The notes under the pieces are model-generated. The model was not told where the DNA came from. It made no database searches and was given only the letters and a program-made list of their open reading frames with translations. The translations under genes and the position numbers were made by a program. DNA of 64,000 nt, taken from contig OY761159.2 of assembly GCA_963664395.2 (NCBI GenBank), forward strand, positions 2,272,001 through 2,336,000, in the 5' to 3' direction. This document shows, piece after piece, positions 1 to 9,908 of this stretch (position 1 is the first letter of the stretch; each line of letters begins with the position of its first letter). This DNA is from Candidatus Binatia bacterium. GTDB lineage: Bacteria > Desulfobacterota > Binatia > Bin18.

Positions 1-989
1 AACTTGCCGTCGGCTTCTTCCGTCAACTGCTGCAAGACGAGTTTGGCGTCGCCGACAATGCCGACAGCCACCCCCCGATTATGACCAATGGCTCTGCTGT
101 CCAGATTGACGTTGATAAATTTTGCTGTGGGAGAAAAACGGGGGGCGCGCAGAAACGACAGCATGGAGTTTGCCCTGGCGCCAATGACCAGCACCACGTC
201 GGCCTCGCGAAAGGCCATGGACCGGGCCGCGGGAAAGGCGAGGGTATGATCCTCAGGAATGACGCCGCGACCCTGCGGAGTGGTGAAAAAAGGAAGGCCG
301 GTGGCCTCGACAAACCGTTGCAGTTCCGCACTGGCTCCCGACCACAGAATGCCGCTGCCGGTCACGATGAGGGGTTTCTCGGCCTGGGCCAGGAGGGCAA
401 TGGCTTGCTTGACCAGGGCCGGGTCGCCGGCCGGCCGACTTTCGACCCGATAATTCTCCGGCCAGTAGATTTTCTCTTCGTCAACTTTATGCGCCAAAAC
501 ATCGCCTGGTAAATCGAGATACACCGGGCCTTTCTTGCCGTCCAGAGCTTCGCGGAAGGCAAGACTGACATATTCGGGCACCCGCTGGGCCATATCAATG
601 CGATACGCCGCCTTGACCACGGGCTTCATCATGGCGACCTGGTCCATCTCCTGGAAGGCGTCGAGCGTGGTCGCCCGCATGGGAGCAGACCCACCGATGG
701 CAATAATCGGAGCAGAATCTGCCCAGGCATTGGCCAGTCCGGTGACGGCGTTGGCCGTGCCGGGCCCGGACGGCGTGATGCAGATGCCGGGCTTGCCCGT
801 TACGCGGGCGTAGGCGTGGGCCATCATGGCCGCGGCCTGTTCGTGGCGGACATAGATGCCCTGCATGCCCAGGTCGAGACAGGCCGCCGCGGTGCCGCTG
901 GTCGGTCCGCCCATCATGAAGAAAATGGTATCGACGTTCTCTCGCTTGAAACTCTGTGCGATCAACTCTTCGCCCCGAACTGTACCCAT
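1..989 (-). CDS. Thiamine-pyrophosphate-binding enzyme (acetolactate synthase / 2-hydroxyacyl-CoA lyase / oxalyl-CoA decarboxylase superfamily); runs off the left edge
   Basis: Missing from the ORF track; translated by hand from ATG at 989 (GGAGG upstream): MGTVRGEELIAQSFKRENVDTIFFMMGGP...VRHEQAAAMMAHAYARVTGKPG...SGPGTAN...FQEMDQ...GPVYLDLPGD, the usual TPP-enzyme N-terminal motifs. Confidence 0.9.
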   Translation of the reverse strand, partial: MGTVRGEELIAQSFKRENVDTIFFMMGGPTSGTAAACLDLGMQGIYVRHEQAAAMMAHAYARVTGKPGICITPSGPGTANAVTGLANAWADSAPIIAIGGSAPMRATTLDAFQEMDQVAMMKPVVKAAYRIDMAQRVPEYVSLAFREALDGKKGPVYLDLPGDVLAHKVDEEKIYWPENYRVESRPAGDPALVKQAIALLAQAEKPLIVTGSGILWSGASAELQRFVEATGLPFFTTPQGRGVIPEDHTLAFPAARSMAFREADVVLVIGARANSMLSFLRAPRFSPTAKFINVNLDSRAIGHNRGVAVGIVGDAKLVLQQLTEEADGK

Positions 990-1082
990 GGTGTTCCTCC
1001 TTTTTTTGCGTCTCTTCCTCAATCCGTTCGCTTGCTTCAGATTCTAACCGGGGCCTATGATATCCGCTCCAGCCACGCGGGG

Positions 1083-3668
1083 TTAGCCCCATTCGAAACC
1101 GGCGCGCAGATAATACAACCCGCCGTTGTATCCATACGGCGAGACGACTGGATATTTCATGCCATGGTGGCCGGCATACTTGTTTTTGGTCGGATACGTA
1201 TCGACCAGGTTTTGTGCGCCAAGCGCCAGGGTCACGCCGTTGAACCCACCGTTGAAAAAAGTATAGGACGCCTCCAGGTCGAGCAGGGCGCGCGCGTGGG
1301 CGTGGACGGGATTGGTGGGCCTGAATATCGGGAAATCTTTGAAATCGTCGTAGTAGTGGAGCCGGGTGAGCAGCCGCCACGCTCCCCAGCTATGGTCTGC
1401 GCTCAGCGTGAAGCGGAACGCCGGGTCGGTGTTCTCGATTTGGGCGGCCCGCAGGTCATTAGTGATTTGCGGGTTGCGCGTATCGACCTTGGTGGTGTTC
1501 CAGTTACCGGCAAAGGTGAACATGGTAGAGCCGGCCCTGCCGCCGAGCCACTCCAGGGGGTAGGTCGCCACGACATCCAGCCCCTGGGTGGTCGTGCTGA
1601 AGTCGTTGTTGAAGTAGCTGACCTGGCCGCCCACAATGTCGATACCGGCGGCGGCCAAGGCGGCTTTATCGGCCGCGGTGAGGAGGAAATTCTGGCTGAG
1701 CATAATCCGCCGGCGCACCTCCATATTATAGTAGTCGGCGGTGACGGACAGGTTGCCGAGCGTGATGACCGCACCGAGGCTGAAGCTGGTTGAGTGTTCA
1801 GGGCTGAGGGGCTTGCCGCCCTTCTGTTGTGCAATCGGGTCGTTGCCCGACAGCACGTAGGTCAGGTTCAGCTCGCCGGTCTCGGCGTTGAGGCTCGATG
1901 TTATATTGCGGTAGTTGGCCTGCCCGACGGTTGGCGTCCGAAAGTTCGTCCCGATGGAGCCGCGTAGCGCCAAATAGTCGTCAAGCAGGCTCCAGCGGGC
2001 GGCCAGCTTGCCATTGAGCGATTCGCCGATGCCGGCATGATGCTCAAACCGACCGGCGGCGGTGAGCAACACATCGGTCAGGACATCGGCCTCCAGGTCG
2101 AGATACGCGCCAAAACTGTCCCGGCTGGCCTCGGTCGCCTCTGCGGGCGACGTGCCTGGGTGGCCGGAGACCGCGACCGCGAGGCCCTGTCGGGCCAGCA
2201 TGTCGTCACGGAAATAGGAATTTGGGTCCCCGGTTCCGCTCTCAAAAGTCTCTTCACGGTACTCCAGGCCGAAAGCGACGTTCAGCGCAGAAGCGAACAG
2301 GCCGATGTCGAATGGCCGGGAGAGGTCCAGGTTGAAGATCTTGTCCCGCTCCTCGTACCTGCGGGTTCTGTACTGGGTCGGAATCGCGGCCTTGAGGCTG
2401 ATCAGATTCGGATTCACGCTATTCCTGAGGTAGGTGTCCATGCTGTTCTGACCGAACCCAGCGCTCATATCGTAGTGCCAGCCGTCCAGCAGGGCGTAGG
2501 TGCTGCGCAGACTCCCGCGCAGGCCGAATACGAGGCTCCAGTCGTTCATGACGCCCCGAAACCGGGGGGTGAACCCGCCCGGGAAGGCCTGGGCCAAGCT
2601 GTAGCAGTTGTCCTGGCCTGCCAGCGGGGCCAGGGCGGCCGGGCCTTGCGCCACATAATCGCTCGTCGTGATCGTCGGGCAGTTACCGGACATCCCGTCC
2701 GCGGACAGGTCGGCGACCAGTAGATTATCGCCCTGCGCGAACACGCCCGGAAAACTGGCCGGATTGCGCCAGTAGAACGTGTCTTCAATCTCGCGCTCCG
2801 CATAATTACCGAAGGCATACAGCTGATGGTCGTCGCCGAGGTCCAGGCCGAGGTTACCGAAGAATTTATAGTCGTACTTCACGTCCGGGGCGCCCCAGGG
2901 CTGGGCCGCGGATTTACGGATAAAGGCGTTGCCATTCTCGACCATGCGGCGGGCATCGTCGCGCTGCACGCTGCGGTTGGTCGAATCCGCGTTGGTGAAC
3001 TCAAAGCTGAAGTTGGCAAAGCCGGCCTCGGCCAGCGGCAAGCCGATGTTGGCCGCGACATTCAGCCGGTCGCCATCGCCGTGGTAATACTGCCCCAGGT
3101 TGGTCTCCAGGGTGCCGCCTGCGGGCGCGTCGCGCAGCACGAAATTCAGCACCCCGGCCACTGCGTCGGACCCATACTGCGCGCCGGCTCCGTCGCGCAG
3201 GACTTCTACCCGTTTGAGGGCGATGGACGGGATGGAGGCGATATCCGTCCCATGCGAACCGCTCGCCAGGCCATAACTCCAGCGGGTAATCGCGGAGGAG
3301 CGGTGGCGGCGTTTGCCGTTGACCAACACCAGGGTCGAGTCCGGCGGCAGGCCGCGCAGCTTGGCCGGGCGGACCAGGGCGGACTCAACACCGATGCCAT
3401 ACTGAAAGACCTTGTAGGACGGGACGGTCGCGGACAACAGGTCGTTCATATCCGTGCTGCCGTAGTGCCTGAGGCTGTCAGCGTCAATGACGTCCACCGG
3501 CACGGGCGAATCCGCCGCGGAGCGGCCCGCCGAGCGGGAGCCGACCACCCGGATTTCTTCAAGGCCGACGACCTCTTCTGCCGGGTCGACCGGCTGCGCC
3601 CCGGCCGGCAGCGAGCCTATCAAGACCAGGAGCAACACCAGGAGACCGTATTGCCCTGATTTCCTCAT
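1083..3668 (-). CDS. TonB-dependent outer-membrane receptor (paralog 1)
   Basis: Signal peptide, TonB-box-like EEIRVVGSR, plug motifs LRGLPPDSTLVLVNGKRRH and RVEVLRDGAGAQYGSDAVAGVLNF, aromatic C-terminal strand YYLRAGFEWG. Confidence 0.95.
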   Translation of the reverse strand: MRKSGQYGLLVLLLVLIGSLPAGAQPVDPAEEVVGLEEIRVVGSRSAGRSAADSPVPVDVIDADSLRHYGSTDMNDLLSATVPSYKVFQYGIGVESALVRPAKLRGLPPDSTLVLVNGKRRHRSSAITRWSYGLASGSHGTDIASIPSIALKRVEVLRDGAGAQYGSDAVAGVLNFVLRDAPAGGTLETNLGQYYHGDGDRLNVAANIGLPLAEAGFANFSFEFTNADSTNRSVQRDDARRMVENGNAFIRKSAAQPWGAPDVKYDYKFFGNLGLDLGDDHQLYAFGNYAEREIEDTFYWRNPASFPGVFAQGDNLLVADLSADGMSGNCPTITTSDYVAQGPAALAPLAGQDNCYSLAQAFPGGFTPRFRGVMNDWSLVFGLRGSLRSTYALLDGWHYDMSAGFGQNSMDTYLRNSVNPNLISLKAAIPTQYRTRRYEERDKIFNLDLSRPFDIGLFASALNVAFGLEYREETFESGTGDPNSYFRDDMLARQGLAVAVSGHPGTSPAEATEASRDSFGAYLDLEADVLTDVLLTAAGRFEHHAGIGESLNGKLAARWSLLDDYLALRGSIGTNFRTPTVGQANYRNITSSLNAETGELNLTYVLSGNDPIAQQKGGKPLSPEHSTSFSLGAVITLGNLSVTADYYNMEVRRRIMLSQNFLLTAADKAALAAAGIDIVGGQVSYFNNDFSTTTQGLDVVATYPLEWLGGRAGSTMFTFAGNWNTTKVDTRNPQITNDLRAAQIENTDPAFRFTLSADHSWGAWRLLTRLHYYDDFKDFPIFRPTNPVHAHARALLDLEASYTFFNGGFNGVTLALGAQNLVDTYPTKNKYAGHHGMKYPVVSPYGYNGGLYYLRAGFEWG

Positions 3669-3715
3669 ACGCTGCTCTTGCCCGTTGACTGCGCCTGGCG
3701 CGTGAGCGCCAGGGT

Positions 3716-6373
3716 TCAGAATGAGTACGACGCCCTGAAGTAGTAGAACCCGCCGTTGTATCCATACGGCGAGGTGACCGGGTACTTCTGGCCGGCATCA
3801 TACTCATTACGATGCACCCGTCCGACCTTGGTCGGATATGTGTTTAACAGGTTGTCCACTCCGGCGGCCACGATCAGCCCGAAATCGAACATGTATGACG
3901 CTTCCAGGTCGAGCAACGCACGGGCACGGGCATAGATGGGCGGGTTGATCTTATAATCTTGATACGGCTCGGTGAAACCGTCGTAGTAATGCAGCCGGGA
4001 AAGGAACCGCCATGATCCCCAGGTGTGGTCCGCCATCAGCGAGAAGCGGAACTCCGGCTCGACATCTTCGACCTGAACTTTGCGCACCGAACCGATGACC
4101 TGCGAGTTAATTGAATCGAGATTGAGGTTGGTGTCGTTCCAGTTGCCGGCAAACGTCAACATAGTCCTGCCGATGCTGCCGCCGAACAAATCCAGGGGAT
4201 AGGTCGCCACGAGATCGATGCCTTGCGTGTACGTTTCGAAAGCGTTGGTGAAAAACCTCACGCTTCTCACGCGACTTGCATCGACGCCTATAGTGGCCAG
4301 GGCGGCGAGATCTTCAGGGGTGATACCCTGGGCGCTGGTCAACCCAATCCGATTTCTCACTTCTATATTGTAATAGTCCAGGGTGACGGTCAGGGCATTG
4401 AGGGTGAGCACCGTCCCGACCGAAAAAGACATGGAGGTCTCCGGTGTCAGCGGCTTGGCCCCTTTCCGGAGCGCAATCGGGTGGCCGCCTGGAAGCGTCG
4501 GCGTTTCGACGAGTTGGTTTGTTTCGGGATCAAAGTTGTAGGTCGTGTCCTGGTAGTTCGCCTGTCCCACGGTCGGCGCGCGAAAGCCGGTCCCGATCGA
4601 CCCGCGCAGCGCCAGATAGTCCTCAAGCAGGCTCCAGCGGGCGGCGAGCTTGCCGTCCAGGGATTCGCCGATGCCTTCATGGTGCTCGAAGCGGCCCGCG
4701 GCGGTGACCAGTACGTTCTGGATGACGTTGGCGTCGAGGTCGATATACGCGCCGAAGCTACCCCGTTCGGCCTCCACCGCATTCTCCGGGCGGATAGCTG
4801 GATACGCTTGGCCGCCTACGCTGAACCCCTGTGCTGCGAGGCCACGCTCTTTCCGTTGCCCATCACATTCTCCGTTGTCATCAGAGCACCAGCCGTTCTT
4901 ATCACCGGATTGGATCTCATACTCTTCCTCGCGGTACTCCAGTCCGAAGGCGACGTTCAGCGGGGAGTGGAAGACGCCAATGTCGAACAGCCTGGAGAAA
5001 TCCAGATTGAAGATCTTGTCCCGCTCCTCGTAGGCGCGTGCGAAGTATTCCGTCGGCATGGCGTCTTTGAGGCGGAGAAGTTGCGGGTTGACGGTGTTCC
5101 ATATGTAGTACGTGGTTCTGTGCTGGCCGAACGCGGCACTCATGTCGTAGTTCCAGCCGTCGAGTAGTGCAGAGGCGCTCTGCAACGTCCCGCGCAGGCC
5201 GAAGGTGATGCCCCAGTCTCGGACGCCGCCGCGCATCCGCGGCGTGAACCCGCCAGAAAGATTTTGGGCCAACGCGTAACAGTCCGGGTTGCCCCCCAGC
5301 GGGGCCAGTGCGGCTACGCCGTTTTGCGTATAATCGCGTGCCGAGATTGTCGGGCAGTTGCCGGTGCCGTCGGGCGTCAGGTCGGCGACCTTTAGACGTT
5401 CGCCGTCCAGATAGACCCCTGTCGTACCGGTAGGCGCGGACGGATGAGGGCCCCGGAAATACCACGAATCCATAATCTCGCGTTCCGCCCAGCTGCCGAA
5501 GGCGTAGGCATGGTGAGAGTCGCCGAGGTCGAAGCCGAAGTTGCCGAAGAATTTATAGTCGTACGGCACGTCCGGCGCGCCCCACACCATCGCGCGATGC
5601 TTTACGGGAAGCCCGGCGTTTCTCAACGGCTTTTCTATATCGAGTTCATAGCTGCGGTCGGTCGAGTCGGAGTTGGTGAACTCGAAGCTGAGGTTGGCGA
5701 AGCCGGCGTCGGTCAGCGGCAGGCCGATGTTGGCCGCCGTGTTCACCGAGTCGCCGTCCCCTTGGTAGTATTGCCCCCAGCTCGCTTCGAGCGTGCCGCC
5801 CTCGGGCGCGTCGCGCAGCACAAAATTCAGCACCCCGGCCACGGCGTCGGAGCCGTACTGCGCGCCAGCGCCGTCGCGCAGCACTTCGACGCGTTTGAGC
5901 GCGATGGACGGGATCGAGCGGATGTCGACGCCGTGCGCCCCTTGCGCCTGCCCGAAGGTGAAGATGCTGACTGCGGACGAGCGGTGCCGGCGTTTGCCGT
6001 TGACCAGCACCAGGGTCGAGTCCGGCGGCAGCCCGCGCATCTTGGCCGGGCGGACCAGCGAGTTCGCGTCACCGATAGCGTGCTGAGTGACGTTATAGGA
6101 CGGAACAGTCGCGGCCAGCAGGTTGTTCAGGTCGCGGACGCCGTAATTCCTGAGACTGTCGCCGTCGATGATGTCTACCGGAACGGGAGAGTCTGCGGCC
6201 GAACGACCCACTGCCCGGGAGCCGACCACTCGCATTTCCTCCAACTCTAGGGGCTGCTGTGTCTGGTCGACCTCTGGCGCGTCAGCCTGTTCCGCGTCTT
6301 GTGCCGTGGCCAGCGGTGCGCCCATCAAGACCAAGAGGGGCACCAAAAGGCTGCATTGCCCTACTTTCTTCAT
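3716..6373 (-). CDS. TonB-dependent outer-membrane receptor (paralog 2)
   Basis: Start moved to ATG 6373 (MKKVGQCSLLVPLL..., AAGGAGG upstream, signal peptide); same plug motifs as paralog 1; ends YYFRASYSF. Confidence 0.95.
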   Translation of the reverse strand: MKKVGQCSLLVPLLVLMGAPLATAQDAEQADAPEVDQTQQPLELEEMRVVGSRAVGRSAADSPVPVDIIDGDSLRNYGVRDLNNLLAATVPSYNVTQHAIGDANSLVRPAKMRGLPPDSTLVLVNGKRRHRSSAVSIFTFGQAQGAHGVDIRSIPSIALKRVEVLRDGAGAQYGSDAVAGVLNFVLRDAPEGGTLEASWGQYYQGDGDSVNTAANIGLPLTDAGFANLSFEFTNSDSTDRSYELDIEKPLRNAGLPVKHRAMVWGAPDVPYDYKFFGNFGFDLGDSHHAYAFGSWAEREIMDSWYFRGPHPSAPTGTTGVYLDGERLKVADLTPDGTGNCPTISARDYTQNGVAALAPLGGNPDCYALAQNLSGGFTPRMRGGVRDWGITFGLRGTLQSASALLDGWNYDMSAAFGQHRTTYYIWNTVNPQLLRLKDAMPTEYFARAYEERDKIFNLDFSRLFDIGVFHSPLNVAFGLEYREEEYEIQSGDKNGWCSDDNGECDGQRKERGLAAQGFSVGGQAYPAIRPENAVEAERGSFGAYIDLDANVIQNVLVTAAGRFEHHEGIGESLDGKLAARWSLLEDYLALRGSIGTGFRAPTVGQANYQDTTYNFDPETNQLVETPTLPGGHPIALRKGAKPLTPETSMSFSVGTVLTLNALTVTLDYYNIEVRNRIGLTSAQGITPEDLAALATIGVDASRVRSVRFFTNAFETYTQGIDLVATYPLDLFGGSIGRTMLTFAGNWNDTNLNLDSINSQVIGSVRKVQVEDVEPEFRFSLMADHTWGSWRFLSRLHYYDGFTEPYQDYKINPPIYARARALLDLEASYMFDFGLIVAAGVDNLLNTYPTKVGRVHRNEYDAGQKYPVTSPYGYNGGFYYFRASYSF

Positions 6374-6563
6374 ACCAGTATCCCTCCTTCTTGCGATGAC
6401 CTTGCGATGACTATGATGCCGTAACTGTTCCTTAGCAACTGCCACGGCTTTCTGTAAATTTTGGCTGGCAGCGCGCCCGGTTACGAATGTCATGAGCCCT
6501 CTGTTTTTCTGGCCGGTCGTGGAGTACAACGACTCCCGATACTGCATAAAGAAGGAGAAAAAT

Positions 6564-7532
6564 GTGAAAGCCGTTCTTTTCGACCAGCTTGGTGGTCCGG
6601 AAGTCCTGAAACTCGGTGATGCGCCCGACCCTGAGGTTCGGCCTGGTAAAGTGTTAATCAAGAACCATGCGGTTGGCATCAACTTCGCGGACACCCTCTT
6701 CCGCCAAGGCCAATATGCCATGCAGCCGAAGCTGCCGGACATCCCAGGGCTTGAAGCAGCCGGAGTTGTTGAGGCGGTTGGTGACGGCGTGGATGGGATC
6801 AAACCAGGTGATCGGGTGACTTCGATCGGCATGAAAACGTACGCCGAGTACTCGCTCGCGTCAGCAAGCCAGGTCATGGCCCTGCCCGACTCGGTGAGTT
6901 TTGAGCAGGGCGCTGCTTTTCCGATTCAGGTGCTGACTGCGTATCATATGCTCTTTACCTCCCATAACCTGACCGCCGGTCAGTCCGTCATCGTCCATTC
7001 TGCGGCGGGCGGTGTTGGTCTGGCTGCGGTTCAGATTGCCAAAGCTGCCGGTGCTCGGGTTATTGGAACGGTATCGACAGATGAGAAAGCGACCTTGGCC
7101 AAAGAGTATGGCGCTGATGAAGTCATTAATTATGCCACCCAGGACTTCTCACAAGAGACGCTGAAACTGACCGACGGGAAAGGCGTTGATCTGATTCTCG
7201 ACGCAGTGGGCAAGCCAACGGTAGAGAAGGGCCTGAGCTGCTTGGCGCCGTTCGGTCATCTGATTCTCTATGGCCGGGCCGGGGGCGTGCCTGATCCGCT
7301 CAATTTGTTTGGCTTGTTCCAGAAATCCATCAAGGTCAGCGGCTTTATTTTATATACGGTCTCGGCCATGCCGGATGTCCATCACAAGGGTATTCAGCAA
7401 TCTCTCCAACTCATAGACGAAGGCAAGCTCAAACTGCTCATTGGTAAGTCCTTTCCACTGGCTGAAGCGGCGGCGGCCCATCGTCACATGGAGTCGCGTC
7501 AGTCGGTTGGGAAATTAGTGTTGATTCCGTAG
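6564..7532 (+). CDS. NADPH:quinone oxidoreductase (zeta-crystallin, MDR family)
   Basis: GTG start after AAGGAG; GGPEVL, GINFAD, PGLEAAGVV, HSAAGGVG, C-terminal HMESRQSVGKLVL. Confidence 0.9.
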   Translation: MKAVLFDQLGGPEVLKLGDAPDPEVRPGKVLIKNHAVGINFADTLFRQGQYAMQPKLPDIPGLEAAGVVEAVGDGVDGIKPGDRVTSIGMKTYAEYSLASASQVMALPDSVSFEQGAAFPIQVLTAYHMLFTSHNLTAGQSVIVHSAAGGVGLAAVQIAKAAGARVIGTVSTDEKATLAKEYGADEVINYATQDFSQETLKLTDGKGVDLILDAVGKPTVEKGLSCLAPFGHLILYGRAGGVPDPLNLFGLFQKSIKVSGFILYTVSAMPDVHHKGIQQSLQLIDEGKLKLLIGKSFPLAEAAAAHRHMESRQSVGKLVLIP

Positions 7533-7651
7533 GGAAAGAACGGAGCTGAGCGGGGAGCCGGGGCAGGCATGGGCGTACTGTCCCTCATTGACCCGGCGCG
7601 CGCAAGCTGTCATGAAGGGGGCTCATATCTATCCACACTAAGGAGGACGCA

Positions 7652-8494
7652 ATGAAAATTGGTATTACGATGTTTGCAACGGATTATGCGATTCGACCCG
7701 ATACGCTGGCGAAAGAATGTGAGGACCGCGGCTTTGAGTCCATCTGGTTTCCCGAGCACACCCACATCCCGGTCAGCCGCAGGAGCCCGTTTCCGGGCGG
7801 CGGGGAGTTGCCCAGGGAATACTGGCACACGCATGATTTGTTCGTGACCCTGGGCGTGGCCGCGGCCGTGACCAGTACGATCAAAATCGGGAGCGGCATC
7901 TGCCTGGTGATCGAGCGCGACCCGATTACCATGGCCAACCAAGTGGCCACCGTAGATCAACTCTCCAACGGGCGCCTACTGTTCGGCATCGGCGGCGGCT
8001 GGAACGCCGAGGAAATGGAAAACCACGGCACGCCGTTTAATCGCCGTTGGAAGGTCTGCCGCGAGCGCATCGAAGCCATGAAAGAAATCTGGACCAATGA
8101 AGAGGCCGAGTATCACGGCGAGTTTGTGGACTTCGATAAAATCTGGTCCCACCCCAAGCCGCTTCAGAAGCCCCACCCGCCGATTCTGATGGGAACCTTC
8201 AACGGCGGCTTGAAGCGGGTCGTCAACTACTGTGACGGCTGGATTCCGGTCGGCTTCGACACTACAACGTTGCCCGAGTCGATAAAAGAGCTGCACGCCT
8301 TGGCTGAGCAGGCAGGCCGCTCGGTCGACGAAGTGCCGGTCTCGATTTTTGGCTCTTCAGATAAGGAAGAAGCCTTGGCCAGTCATCAAGAGCTGGGCGT
8401 TGAGCGGGCGGTGCTGTTTCTCCCCTCGGCCGGTGCCGATACCGTGCTGCCTCTGCTGGATAAATATCAAGGCTATGTCTCACAATTTGCGTAA
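7652..8494 (+). CDS. LLM-class (luciferase-like) probable F420-dependent oxidoreductase
   Basis: GFESIWFPEHTHIP, VATVDQLSNGRLLFGIGGGWNAEEM, PKPLQKPHPPI; AGGAGG RBS. Confidence 0.9.
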   Translation: MKIGITMFATDYAIRPDTLAKECEDRGFESIWFPEHTHIPVSRRSPFPGGGELPREYWHTHDLFVTLGVAAAVTSTIKIGSGICLVIERDPITMANQVATVDQLSNGRLLFGIGGGWNAEEMENHGTPFNRRWKVCRERIEAMKEIWTNEEAEYHGEFVDFDKIWSHPKPLQKPHPPILMGTFNGGLKRVVNYCDGWIPVGFDTTTLPESIKELHALAEQAGRSVDEVPVSIFGSSDKEEALASHQELGVERAVLFLPSAGADTVLPLLDKYQGYVSQFA

Positions 8495-8501
8495 GCCATT
8501 C

Positions 8502-8525
8502 AGGGGCGCACGACCGTGCGCCCCT
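8502..8525. repeat. REP-like palindrome / terminator hairpin
   Basis: AGGGGCGCACG-AC-CGTGCGCCCCT, perfect 11-bp stem 7 bp after the LLM stop. Confidence 0.6.
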
Positions 8526-8789
8526 CCTCTCTGGTCTACGTATTATTATAGCCCCTGATTGAGCAAACATTCGCCAGATTGTCTCTTGACATCGCCACGG
8601 CACGGGAGGAAAGTAGACGGGCCAGCCGTGGGCGATTCACGCTTATCTCCTTCCCCATCTCACTAAGCATTCATCCTCCATCGTTGACCGGTTTCTGACA
8701 CCTCACCGTATGTAGGTGTCGCTTGCCCAGACGCTTGCCGGTCGAGAAGTGAGACTGGCAGTGTGAGGCGTTCGGAGGAGGACACAAGG

Positions 8790-8897
8790 ATGTTCGGCAT
8801 ACCGCTGGAGGCTATTGGTATAGTGAGCTTTATTTTGGTGGCAGTCTTTGCCATGTATCGTGCGGATCAAAAGAAAAAAAGCGCGTCAAACAACTGA
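8790..8897 (+). CDS. 35-aa single-pass membrane protein
   Basis: GGAGGAGG RBS, then MFGIPLEAIGIVSFILVAVFAMYRADQKKKSASNN*: hydrophobic helix with a basic tail; too short for the ORF track. Confidence 0.65.
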   Translation: MFGIPLEAIGIVSFILVAVFAMYRADQKKKSASNN

Positions 8898-8998
8898 GTT
8901 GACCCGTATTCAGAAATGCCTGAACTGCGCGGAGGAGCTCGATTGATTCCGCGCGCAGAGCGGGTTTGAGGACTCCTGGTGCGTGTCCGTCTCCCCTT

Positions 8999-9364
8999 CT
9001 AAAGCTGGGCGTCCCATTGGGGCGCTTTCCAGTTCTTGGGACCAGGCCAGCGATAGTGCTCCAGATTCACCTTTCCATTTCGGTCGAACCCGACCCCTTC
9101 TTCCTCAAGGAGCCAACGTTGTTCCTCGGCGCGAAGGACGTCGCCACGCAGACTGATTCCGCCCGAGGCATTAATCACCCGTTGCCACGGGACTTTTTTA
9201 ATCAAAGGGCGCGGGAGGTATCGGAGCGCGGTTCCGACTGCACGAGCGGCCCGGGGCGCACCAAGAAGGGCTGCTACCTGTCCATACGTCACAACTTTTC
9301 CCCGTGGAACTTTTGTGACCAGACGATAGACGTGGGGAAAAAAACGCGCGGGACGATTTGCCAT
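8999..9364 (-). CDS. Alkyltransferase-like (ATL, YbaZ-type) MGMT-family protein
   Basis: VPRGKVVTYGQVA...RAARAVG...VPWQRVINASG: Trp replaces the catalytic Cys of PCHRV. Confidence 0.88.
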   Translation of the reverse strand: MANRPARFFPHVYRLVTKVPRGKVVTYGQVAALLGAPRAARAVGTALRYLPRPLIKKVPWQRVINASGGISLRGDVLRAEEQRWLLEEEGVGFDRNGKVNLEHYRWPGPKNWKAPQWDAQL

Positions 9365-9393
9365 GGGAAAAGGCGTAACCCGCCCTTACGCCC

Positions 9394-9813
9394 TTACGGA
9401 GAAAGCACCTCAAGTTGCTTGAGCAGCCCAAACACGTCCCACGAGAGCCAGACTTCTTCAATCTTTTCGTCTGCTATGCGATACACCGCAACACCCGCGA
9501 CCACGACCTCCTTGCCCGTTGACGCAACGCCCATGAAATTGCCGTCGTGCGTGCCATGGAAGGTCCAGCGCGCGACGACTTTTTCTCCTTGCGAAATAAA
9601 ATCTTCTATCGTGAAATGGACGTTCGGAAATCCCCTCCGCACAGAAGAGACGATCTGTTTGACATCGTCAGGCCCGCCGCCAAGGTCATAGCCGGCGGGA
9701 TAGTGGCTGACATAGGTCGGAGCAATGAGCTCCTCAATGGTCTCCATGTTGCCCTGATTGAGACATTCTTCAAAATAACGACGGACGATGCCTTTGTTTT
9801 TTACAGTAGCCAT
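9394..9813 (-). CDS. SnoaL-like ester cyclase (NTF2 fold)
   Basis: NKGIVRRYFEE...FPNVHFTIED...GEKVVARWTFHGTHDGNFMGVASTGKEV. Confidence 0.88.
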   Translation of the reverse strand: MATVKNKGIVRRYFEECLNQGNMETIEELIAPTYVSHYPAGYDLGGGPDDVKQIVSSVRRGFPNVHFTIEDFISQGEKVVARWTFHGTHDGNFMGVASTGKEVVVAGVAVYRIADEKIEEVWLSWDVFGLLKQLEVLSP

Positions 9814-9835
9814 GAGAATGCTTCCGATTGAGTGC

Positions 9836-9895
9836 GAAATTTTACCCGAAATTTTACCCGAAATCTTGTCTGAAATCTTGTCTGAAATTTTGCCT
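9836..9895. repeat. Intergenic tandem array, 5 x 12 bp
   Basis: gaaattttaccc x2, gaaatcttgtct x2, gaaattttgcct. Confidence 0.9.
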
Positions 9896-9908
9896 TTGTG
9901 TCCGGCTC

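Noticed and set aside
6374-6877. N-terminal 168-aa extension of the 1053-aa TonB receptor ORF
   Set aside because: It is the antisense shadow of the quinone oxidoreductase; the RBS and signal peptide place the start at 6373
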